Assembly: GCA_051362555.1 (NCBI GenBank)
Contig: CM120646.1
Location: 21,080,001-21,144,000, forward strand
From: Lingula anatina
Lineage: Eukaryota > Animalia > Brachiopoda
Length of the DNA: 64,000 nucleotides
Reading direction: 5' to 3'
Shown here: piece by piece, positions 39,801 through 51,800 of the stretch
Layout: every line of letters starts with the position of its first letter
How positions within the stretch are numbered: position 1 is the first letter of the stretch
Program-made: the position numbers and the translations under genes
The notes under the pieces: generated by a model
The model's input: only the letters and a program-made list of their open reading frames with translations
The model's database searches: none
Told to the model about the DNA's origin: nothing

Positions 39801-42800
39801 TGTGTTATTTTCATAGACTTCTGCAATAGGGGTCGACAAGCCGTGAAACAAACATACTGTTCAAACGCTGGATAAAAGGAATGGCAAGTTGAAAGTGCGT
39901 GAGAAAGTTGCTGAAATGCCATGATCACGGAGTTGATCCCCCAGGTGTAGTCCATTTATGATTTTTTTACTCGGTTTAGTTACTTACAATACCTTAATCT
40001 GATTGATTGACGAGTAGCGCTGTGTAAGCCGTGGCATTGATACATGCAGCGTCAGTGTATATCGCTCGGTGTAGGAAGTTCCTGTTTTCCAAATTGTAAA
40101 TCGGATTGTCGAAGAATGCAGTGGGACAGTTTACGGTAGCTAATATGGAGTGAAGTTCGCTTACGGGATTCCCATGTTAGACCGACATATTTTGAGAATG
40201 CTTGTCTCGTCACTTTTTCCTTTATTAGATACTATCATAATGTAGGGATTTTCGGTTACGCCCCTTCGATCCAAGCAGTCTGACAGCATACCAGCACTAT
40301 GGAAAGTTTGTCCGAGTAAAAATTAACAACCGTTTATAAACAATCGATTCATATAAAGTTTCACCAAGATTTTTGACATTTCTCGAGGTGCATGCACCAT
40401 GGAGAAGAGATGACCAATGAGCCACCTTAACTTCACGTGCTCTTCTGTTGGTTTATGCTTCACCACAATACCTCCCTTACTGGCAGAAATTGGTAAAAGA
40501 TGAACTTATCTTTTCACAAACACAAATCTTTTCGACCCAGTTATCTAGCTACCCGTTTCACCAGTTTTGGAACATGTTCTTCAAACTTGAATGTACGTAA
40601 TGAAGTGAAACAGCCACTTGCTTTTTAAATTCCAAAACGTTTAAGCTCTTATGATAGCGACCAATCGCCTCTCACAGTCACATCATCCAGACCACGTGAC
40701 GAAACCACGCCTTGTCCGAGAACCATATTATCTCTAGAAGGTCTAAAGGATTGTCTCTAGACGAATTTTCGAAGCTCTAGAGATAGTCTTTTAGTCATTC
40801 GAGGGGTATTCTGTCCACGTTAGATGGCAAGGAGACCACAGATTTTGTCGTCATAGTAACTAATTCAACAAAAGTCGTTTCGACAAAGGGAAGTGCATTG
40901 AACATGAAGCAATACAAAATGATAGACACAAACAAACTGAAGAAATATGTGCAATGTTAAGACAAAATAGTGTTTTTAACAAAGCCTGTAATATATTCAG
41001 TCAGTTAATCGGACATTGCGTTCCTGTCAGCCATTCTTGTGGTGTGCCAAGTTAAAGTCATCATGTAGTTTGGCCTCTCGGGAACAAAGCACTTTAAGCC
41101 AATAATCTACTTGTTGAGGTGTATTTTGGGTTACCCAACCTAACAAACACACAGTAATTCACAGTTTAAACTACAATGAAAAACCTTTATAGAGTAGTCA
41201 AACAGAAGTATAAAAGATGATAAAGCCAGAAGTCTTCTGTTTCACAGAGAGATATTTGGACAATATAGGACGACATCAATGTTGTTATGCTTCGTTTCAT
41301 AATAGCACTTTCCGTAATAAAAATTAAAGCGTACTCTAAACCATACTCACTGAAACATAAACATTTCTTTTACGTCTTCCTGCAAGAGAAATTACTGCAT
41401 ATGTCGTCCACCTGAATCGCAGTTTGCTTTCCATTTTCTCAGGGTCCCATGGGTCCACGTGGTCCCTCCGGCCCCCCAGGGCCCCCAGGTCCCCCAGGTT
41501 TCCAAGGCCTCAGAGGTGAACAAGGAGAACAGGGACCATCGGTACGTACAGTAAACTGTATAGAAATTAAAAAAAAACATTTTCTTCATATAAAAAGTAA
41601 ATACAGATGATTGAAATAATATAGATAAAGATATATTTTGTGTTTCTTCATTTGTGTGTAGTTTTGTAAATGATGATACTCCGTTACGTAAATTTGCCAT
41701 ATTGTCGTTAATTGTGCTGTAGTGTTTTCAATGGAAAAAATTGATTTCAGTTTTCTTTACAATAGAACGGATGATGTGTTTTAGTCCTGCGACTGCTCCT
41801 GCCTCTACCATTTCTACTATTTCTTCTACTAGTACTATTTCTACTTGCTCTGTGTTTAACTTCAAGAATACAGATATGACAATCTTATGGTAGAAGATGT
41901 ACGTTACCATGTCATTTCTTCATTGAGTTGATGTTATTTGCTGTTCTATAAAGGGACCACCAGGACCTCGTGGTGTAACTGGTCTCCCAGGCCCCGCTGG
42001 CAAGGATGTAAGTGAACATCTCGAGCACCTGCACTGTCCCTTACGACCCTCACGGTCCCTTACGACCCCAATGGCCCAATTCTACTCCTCATTTCCCTCT
42101 TCAGCATTGGAGAGAATTTATTTTGCATGACAGGACTTTGTATTTGCTTTGTCGAGATTGCCTATATGGTTGTGGGTTTTCACCCTTTGAATTAATCGAT
42201 GATCTGCTTGGCGGCAACAAAATTAAATTCGAGCTTAATACTTGAAAACCAAAAGTAATCTCGACAAAAAAGATACCCAATCCAGAAGCGGACGGAGAGA
42301 GCTTTTTCCCGATCCTAAGCCAGGAAAACCACGGCTGAACAGAACACAGCCCAGAGCACAATAGCACTTCAATGTAGCTAAATAATTGCACACTTTTGTT
42401 TCACCCTGCACTGCTGTTTAGGGCAACCCCGGATCACGCGGAGCTCCTGGAAACCCAGGGTTACCCGGACGAGACGTAAGTTAGCCTTGCACTTAGTCTT
42501 AAATTTCACATTTGAAGTGCACAAGCTACGCATACAAGCGCACATTGCATCATTACAGTGTATAATAAGCCTTAGATTAAAAAAGTATTTGCGAAACGTG
42601 AATCGGCGAAAACAGTTTTAAATATTAGATTCGCATATAAACGTTATTGTTGTATCTTGACAGACACATTTTTGCTTAACAGATAACTTTACAATTGAAA
42701 CCTGACACATGCCGCACTTTATTTATTGCACTTTCGGCAGTCGGCCACTGTCAAATGCTACTTGTTCTACAGTAATCTTTTATTTTTCTTTTTTTCGTTT

Positions 42801-45800
42801 CGTTTATTGACCAACTTTTATACCTATTTAAACTATTCAACTATTTAAATGATTTTCTATCTGTATGAGGAATATATATACTTAATAATGGTGGAACAGT
42901 GGCTAACAACCACTTTTTTGGCATAAGCGACATTTAGGTTCTGTCTTAAAATGACAAAAGGACACAGGTTTTAAATTGTGTACAATAAAATCATATTTAT
43001 CAGTTAAATTCAATTTTTGTCCTAATACTTGGATCTGACGTTCACTTTCACGAAATATCGATCAACTCAAAGAAGGCGTTGTTTAACATGTTTTTGAATT
43101 TTTGTCATATTTAGGGTGAACCAGGCAAAGACGGCGAGTCAGGACCAAGAGGACTGCCCGGACCACCAGTAAGTGTTCGATAACTCCGCAGGTACCACAA
43201 ATTAAAAAATCATAATTGTTTGAAATAAGTACTTTCGTCCATCACCCATGGCTTTGATCACTCTGACATGTTATACATGTACTGATAGCGTGTTTTTTGA
43301 CTGACAAATAACATGTTTTATCACTAGGGAGCCAGAGGAGCCGCTGGCATTCCAGGACTTCCAGGCGCCAAAGGACATCGTGGTTTCCCCGGTGCCGCCG
43401 GAGCTAAGGGATCCCAGGGAGCAAGTGGCCCAAGCGGTCCTACAGGATCCCCAGGACAACAAGGAGAACAAGGCCCAGCTGGACCCCGCGGTGCCCCAGG
43501 AGAGAGAGGACGCAATGGACCCCAAGGACCTCAGGTAAGAAGCTGACGCCTTTGAGCACTTGTCGAACTTGGACCCATGCGATATGATTTCTCTGCACAA
43601 ATTCTCCCATTATTCTGATTGTTTTGCTCGTAGCATTGTCGTGTTCAATCCAAAGCCACATAGCGTTTTTATATCCACTTCAAAAAAATTATTTGTTTTT
43701 CTTTTATATTGAACGGGAAAACAAAGTATTTTACTGCGACTGCAGTTTGTTCTACACATTTGCTGTAAAGTATATTACACGATTCCAAATTTAAATAAGT
43801 CTTTTTGGGGTGCGTCGGGCAGTTCAGTTATTTTAAAATCCTTTAACATCTCTTTGTCTAGGGTCTGAGAGGTATTGACGGACAGCCCGGTGCAGCTGGC
43901 CCACCAGGACCTGCCGGACCAACAGGATCACCAGGATTCCCCGGATCTCCAGGTGCTAAGGGCGACCGCGGTGCTGGCGGACCTAAGGGTAACCAAGGTC
44001 TTCAGGGACCACGTGGCATCCGTGGTGCCACCGGACCCCCAGGTGCAAATGGCAACCCCGTAAGTATTCTTCAACCTCATTCCAAAATGTACATCTATCA
44101 TATCATATGACTGTGATATATTTTTATTCTAAAAACAAAGGCTCTTGACATATATTTTAGAAGGCATGTATAGGAGAATATACATAGATAACAAAGCCAC
44201 GTACATTCAAATCTCGTTCAAACAAATGATGCCGCGACCAGCAAATTTTAAGTTACACATCCCAATGCCATTATCTCCATCTACAGGGCAAGGACGGTGC
44301 CCCAGGCAAGGATGGCGAGAAGGGCCCCCAGGGTGAGACCGGAGCCACAGGTTCCCCAGGCTTCCCAGGACCCCAGGGTCCCCCAGGACCAGTAGGCGGC
44401 CCCGGACCTGCTGGGGCCAAGGGAGAGACAGGTGCTCCCGGAACCCCAGGTTACAAGGGAGAGCCAGGACCCCAGGGAGCTGCCGGACCAGCAGGAGAAC
44501 GTGGAGCCCAGGGAATGCCCGGCGAGCCAGGAAAGAGAGTAAGTCTAAGCTACGTTCAGAAGCGCGGCTTGTGCTGTCTCTATCAAAACCCTTACGATTT
44601 CGAGTCACACGTAGGCTATAATTGAGGGTGCGGTTTATGCAGAGTTATGTTGACGTCACCTCTTTTAATTTTTAAAGTTAACATCATTGTCTTCATGCAC
44701 TAGTTTATATGTTTACATATTTGTCAGACGCCCTGTCTATTGTAAGAGTCAAAGTATAATATAATAAGTTCACTTAAAACAGAATTCCCCAACCATGAAT
44801 GATACATTGAAAGATAATCTTCTGAAAATGCTAAAAACCATAATACATAATAACAAGGAATCCTCTACCTCCAGGGTGCACGCGGTACCCCAGGAAACAA
44901 CGGACCCCCAGGACCCCAGGGAGATAGAGGTGGCCCAGGAGACCGCGGCCTCCCCGGACAAAGCGGACCAATGGGCCCCAAGGGTGCTGACGGAGACAAG
45001 GGTGCCACTGGTGAGCCAGGTGCCAAGGGACCCCAGGGAGACACCGGCCGCCCAGGACAACAGGGAGCCATGGGACCAAGAGTGAGTGAAATGTTGGATG
45101 AAATCCAGTGAATATTGTTCGATTTTATGACAGGCGTGCTTTGTACGCAGAAATTTTAATGCCGACACTCTTTGAATATTTGAAGCTATTTCCTGAATCT
45201 TTTGCTCAGTTGGGGTCAAGCTTTAGTAGAAATTTGTTTTGTGCATTCTTCATGGTTGTAATGGGTTAAGCTACATGTATGAAATCCATGGTCATTTGTT
45301 GACCTATACAACCGACTTTCTTCACTTTACTTCAGTTTGTGTGTCAGCCTTCCTGTGTAATTATTTCACGTCCGTACGTTCGACAGCCATGGCTTCCAGA
45401 TATTTATGGTCTATTACCACCTCATTTCTTTATTTCAATATGAAATTGCCTTCGCGCATTGAAACAATATTAACATTGAACATGTTTAACTAAACGATAA
45501 CAATATTGATGTTTACCAATATCATCGCTCATATCATCCTAGGGTATGCCAGGCGCACAGGGTAATGACGGACGCCCAGGACCAATCGGCCCCGCTGGCC
45601 CCCCAGGTCAGGATGGCAAACCCGGTGAGATTGGACCAGCTGGCCAACAGGGCCTGCCCGGACTTCAGGGACCCCCAGGAGAGAAAGGATTCCCCGTAAG
45701 TGGCACCAATATATGACTAAAACGTGTACAAATTCCTCACGCCGTAAGTTACACTAAATTATTACTTAATGGTCTTACTGTAGCCGTTATATCATGAATA

Positions 45801-48800
45801 TGTGAAAAACGTATTTGACCCATTTCCTTTACCACGGTCAGATGGCAATGCTGCATTGTTTTGTCTCTTCCACTAGGGTGAGAATGGAAAGAACGGTGAG
45901 GTTGGACCAGCTGGCCCCACTGGCCCACAAGGTGACCCCGGCAAGGACGGCCAGACCGGACCTATCGGACCTCCAGGTCTACCAGTAAGTACATGCAGAA
46001 CAGGTGCTTGTCGTGTGTAGAAAATAGTGTAATGGGGCTGAAAATGTAATTGCGACTGGAAAGTTACGTTTAATTAACGTATAATTATTTCTATCATTAT
46101 AATAAGTAGTAGTATATACAAAGATGGCTTCTACTCATGAGGTCTGTGTGCATGTACCCGGTACATGCATTTGGGGGGTGGGGGGGGGGGGGGGGGAGTT
46201 GCTTCAAAAGGACACGTTATACCCTTCATCAACTGAACGCTAGCATTCCGAACCTTAACGATCTCCCTGCTTGTCTCCCTCCTTAGGGTGAGGCTGGAGA
46301 TAGAGGAGAGCCCGGCAAGACTGGCGCCCCAGGATTCCAGGGACTCCCAGGTGCCCCAGGTAACCCAGGTGAGACAGGTAAACCAGGTGAACAAGGCGCC
46401 CCAGGAAACACCGGCAACCCAGGAGCTCCAGGTCCAAGAGTAAGTGATAGCATTATTTTGAAATTAGAGTTAAGATTTATAACTTACTATGTTAAATATA
46501 CTGTGCAGAAGAAATAAACCTGTACATAAGTACATTTTCAAAATCCATGATACCTACATAACCCTGAAATAAAACGGAAAGGCGCAAAGTAGTACTTTAT
46601 GTTAGCGTTTAATTGCATATACAAAAATTATTAGGTGCGTTTCAATCAGAAAACTGCAGGATATTAAGATGAGGTTGTATCCAGTTACAATCTGAAATGT
46701 CAGCACAGTGATATCCGTATGCAAGGCACACTGAGCCAAACTCTGAACTTGTTTTTCGTGAATAGGGTGAGCGCGGTATGCCAGGAGAGCGTGGCAATGC
46801 CGGCCCCGCTGGTCCTCCAGGCGCTCGTGGATCTCCAGGTGACCCAGGCTCTGATGGCAAACCAGGTGTGGACGGTAACCCCGGAGCCAAGGGAGAGAAG
46901 GGCGAACCAGGACTGGCGGTAAGTAGGGAGCTTAACCCTGCTGGTTGGACGAAATGATCGGTCCAGAATGCCAAATATCCGATGTGTTAAAAATGCAATA
47001 CAAGAAATTTGGAAGGTGTTACTATGATAACAACAGAAGAACCACTATTGGTAAACCTTTTATTTATGTGTGTTCCTGTGTGTCTGTACATGTTTATGAG
47101 TACCACACATATGAGCTGCAATGATACATCAAAGGTGTGATCTGTGATAATTAAGCGACAAAAATGTAGACTTTTCAAAAAATAAATAAATAAATAAATA
47201 AATAAAAACCCGAAATTTTATCGAAATGTACACCCTATCTTGCAGGGACTTCCAGGAGAAACCGGACCAACAGGACCCGCCGGCCCCAAGGGAGCTGACG
47301 GCGCCCAGGGACAGCCCGGACTCCCAGGAGAGGCCGGCAAGGATGGAGAGAGGGTAAGACGCAGAGGTGCCACTGGCAACCAACACACGCACGGGTAGCT
47401 TTATCATTTTAAAGCTGTGGAAAAGCACCTGTGTTTGGCGGCGGTCAAAGATATGCACTGTGTGCGAATGGATTCTCCAGGAGAGCAATGAAGTGGGGAC
47501 GACAGGCCTGGAAGACGAATAATTAATGTCAATATAAAATTATATCTGAAGTTAAATTAACTTTGTCTCAATCTGAGCGTAATATTGATATATACAGCAA
47601 AAAATATCAGGGGAAAATAGAAAAACAGAGAAAGTCGAAAATATTCATTATTTAACTGAAAGCAAAAGGTTAACACATTGTTTCCGTGTGTTCTATATGT
47701 ATCTCTACGTCATCTGTCATGTTATGTGTCATGTGTAGGGTTTGCCAGGTGCCCAGGGTCTCATGGGTAACCAGGGACCAGCTGGACAAAAGGGAGACGC
47801 AGGTGATCCAGGCCCAGCAGGTGAAGTTGGTGCCCCAGGACTGCAGGGAGAGCGAGGTCTGGCCGGCCAACCAGGCCAGCAGGGTTTCCCAGGGCCACCG
47901 GTGAGTGCCTGCGCACTTCAGTAACCCACAATTTGCACAAATATTTCACCTGCACTTTTCTTTTTTTATTGGCCCCGTCTTTAGGGAGAACCGGGCCCAC
48001 AGGGTCTCGCCGGCCCAGCTGGTGCTCCAGGCCCAAGAGGCGAGAACGGTAGTCCTGGACCAGCCGGTCAAGATGGTCGCCCCGGTAAAAATGGCGATCG
48101 AGGTCAGCAAGGATTCCCAGGGCAGCAAGGTCTTCCCGGACCGCCGGTAACCAAAAAGCCATGTGTCTTGTCTGTTTGCAGCTTGCCTTAGCTTGCGCCA
48201 GGGCGTCTATGTGACGTCATCCTGTAGATGTTACGTCATGTTGTATTTTGACGTCACATCAAGCGATGTGAGAGCCAGTTCCCGAATCTGTCAACATCGC
48301 TTCTGTGTCTTTGTTTAGTCTGTTCTTTGCTAAATCATGGCAATCTCTTTCAGATCCCAACAGCTAATCCAATGACAAACTTCTGGCGGCATGCTTTCAA
48401 TCAATCAAATGCATTTAACTTTTTTCTTGTGTCTGTCTTTGGAACGACCAGCATCACTGTTAAGTGGTAGCTGCAGTAGATTATGAAAAATTGACTGATG
48501 GAATAATAATTAGTAGTAGTTGCAGTGTTTTGTGCACTTTGGTATCGGTAATAGCCTTTCTAGTGAGTGTGATTAATATGAAATAGAAATCGCTACTAAA
48601 CTTCTCCTGTCATTATGTTATGCAAGCAGCCATCTTTTGCTATACATAATTGAAAAATATAATTCGCAGATTAGACCAAATAATTGGTGTATTTTGCCTT
48701 CAAGGCTGATTTATGCTAGACAGCCTCTACTGTCTGTAGTGTGTACGCGGCTTAGAGTAAGTCCTTGCTTAGAGTTAGTCTCGGCTTACGAGTTAGTCCT

Positions 48801-51800
48801 TGCTTAGAGTTAGTCTCTTGCTTGTATACACAGCAGTAGACATTTGTTCATCCTTCGCCTTTTACACAATCGTACATACCTCATTGGCAACTCATTGGAT
48901 CAATGCAGAATAATATCAGAGAAAAAAAACATTGTACAATCTGCTGAGTCAGAGGTATTTGTTTCACAAGTATTAGCGAGTACCACTGTACCTGAAACAC
49001 CACACCAAGACAAAACAGCACAAACGCTTCGTTTTTTTATGAAGGATGAACAACTTTATCCGCACCATGCACCACCCATCAGAAATGATATACTTGTTAA
49101 CGCCGTGGTTTTAACATCGTAGGGTCCAGCTGGTCCACAGGGTCAGCGTGGTGAACAAGGTTCTCAGGGACTGAAGGGTGAACAGGGACAACAGGGTGAC
49201 CGCGGAGAGCAAGGCCCAGCAGGTGCCCCAGTAAGTTGCAGTGTTTTCACTTTCATTCTCTATTGATACTTTCACTTTCAATCTCTATTGATACTTTCAC
49301 TTTCAATCTCTATTGATCATAGCCACAGTACGTGACAATACTGTATGAAGTATCCGAAATGGATAATCGAAATATCGAACCTTTAGGGGCGGATATGTAA
49401 CTGATGATTGAAGATTGGAAATAAATGCAATAATTCGTTTTAAAAATCTTATTTAGCGTGATGATATATCGACCCGTTTGGCTGTTTGCGAACACTCCAG
49501 TGTTCGCAGTTTTCCTCAGAATTCTCATGATTTTGATGTTTGGGTTACCAATCAAGCTGCTCATATTTTTACAATATTTACTAGGAACTTAACAAAATTA
49601 ACTTACACGTCCTAAATTCAGATCTGTTTCAAGCCAAGCAGTAATATATAAACGGCTGGTGAACCAAACTATTCTCTAATTCACAGGGAAAGGACGGATT
49701 GCCCGGCCGCCCAGGAAGCCGTGGTGACACTGGTGCTCAAGGTGCCGTTGGTTTGCCAGGTGCCCCAGGCCGCCCAGGTGGCCCCGGTGTCCAGGGTGCT
49801 AGCGGACCCCCAGGACCACAGGGCGAGGTCGGCCTGCCAGGAGAGAAGGGAGAGCGCGGTGAAACTGGCCCACAAGGACGTGCTGGAGACCAAGGACCAA
49901 TGGGACCACCAGGCCAGGAAGGTGACAAGGGACCAAAGGGTGACGACGGTGCCCCAGGTGTTGCTGGGCCCCCAGGAGCACAGGGATCTCAGGGAGACAG
50001 AGGCAGCCCAGGTATACCAGGAGGTAGAGGAGAGAGAGGACCACAAGGTGCCCCCGGCCCAGCTGGTGAACGCGGTGCTCAGGGCCAGGCAGGCAAAGAT
50101 GGCTCTCCGGGTAACCAGGGTCTCCCAGGATCTCAGGGACCAGCCGGACCACCAGGAGCAACCGGAAATGAGGTTTGTTTTTCATGTATTATGTGTGTGT
50201 GTGTGTGTGTGTGCGCGTGCATTGTGTTGTTGCACCATAAAATTGGCTTCATGCCGTATTACGTCGAAGACCGATTCATACATGTATTTATCAGACATTA
50301 AATGTCGTTTGGCCTGCACTTTGTTGATTCTTCAGTCATTTGATTCTATGCGATTCTTTTCATAGGGTATGCCAGGAAAGGATGGTCTCCCAGGACCTGC
50401 AGGTCGTCAAGGCGAGAAGGGTCCACCAGGCCCCAGCGGCCCACCAGGCCCAAGCGGTCTCCCAGGACAACAGGTAACGTTGCATTGGAAACAAGATTAA
50501 ACAAAATATTATATCTGATCCAGTGCTGTCCGTTTATTGAATGTAATATTAGGTTAACAGAGTGTATTCATCCATGGTTATTACGGTTTGCATTATTTTA
50601 CGAAATACTTTGCGCTGGCAAACTGTATAAGACTTAGAAACAACTTTATGTTACATGTATGTAACTGCTATGTAATACAGTATATTACAATTTCAACCAC
50701 CTGATGAAATACCACCAATTAAAAAACACGCGTTTAAACCAAAACTGTCAAACTTATTGTTACTGATACTGATTGTTGAGATGGTTTGGTATTTAGGGTA
50801 ATGCAGGTCCTCCAGGTGCCGAAGGCAAGACAGGCGACCGTGGTGCACCGGTAAGACCAACAGGAACGCTACCAGTGTTCCTCTAGCACTGACGCACTGT
50901 GCACCTTTGCTGTTATTATTCCTCACTCAAGCACTTTTTGTTTTTCATGCCCAAGGGGCCGTCTGGCCCATGGGATCCCCAGGGACGACCATGTGGACGA
51001 GGGTGTAGGGTATAAGAGATGCACACGCACTGCACTATTTTCACGATCTTTTTGCACTTTTTTCTGTGTGATATTAGGGTCCACCTGGCCAACAAGGATC
51101 TCAAGGTCCATCAGGAGAAAGGGGTGAACGGGTATGATTGATTGTTTTGTTTGAATGTATGTGTTGCGTCCTACTTGGATAATAGATAACAAGGTGAAAC
51201 TCTGTAAGCTCTGGATGAAAGTCACCTAAGTATTGCAAGCTTTCCTCGGCAACCACGGAATATTAAGTTGCGGTAGAAAGCCTATGGTGCTTTTGCAACT
51301 TATATCTAGAATTTACTAAGTTAAATCTTGTAAAGTACACTGCTTGGATAACGGAACTAACAACAGCCTTCTTGGAAAATGTTTGACTTAAAAACGGGAC
51401 ATCTTTCTACACAAAACCATGCCTTTGGTTTTGTAGTGCAGTTATATCTCATTCATATCTGCATTATTTTCATTTTGAAGAGTGTAGTTGACGGAGAAAA
51501 TCTCATTTCTCGATTCTTTGCTGTCAAAAGTTTCGATGTTTCATATAAGGCACACAGTTAATATTTCTTGTAAAAAATAGGAAGTAGAGAATTTGAAATC
51601 GCATTCATGTCCATATCGGTACAAACTTGGACAAGCTTGTAATTCCTTCGATACAGGACAATATTCAGTTTTAAAGATCATAACGTTTTGAAGATTTAAT
51701 GTACCATGTTGAATGGAGGGTAACACTGTAGGCCCCCCTATTGTCAGTTTAATAACTCATATGGAATACTACACTAAGTATAACGAATCCATCAAATCTT

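Noticed and set aside
37589-41442. Search for alternative N-telopeptide exons in the two long introns
   Set aside because: Candidates (e.g. after TTTTCATAG near 39817) hit stops or lack donors; none supported by eye
43271-50185. Minus-strand and off-frame Pro/Gly-rich ORFs over collagen exons
   Set aside because: Shadow ORFs produced by Gly-Pro codon periodicity
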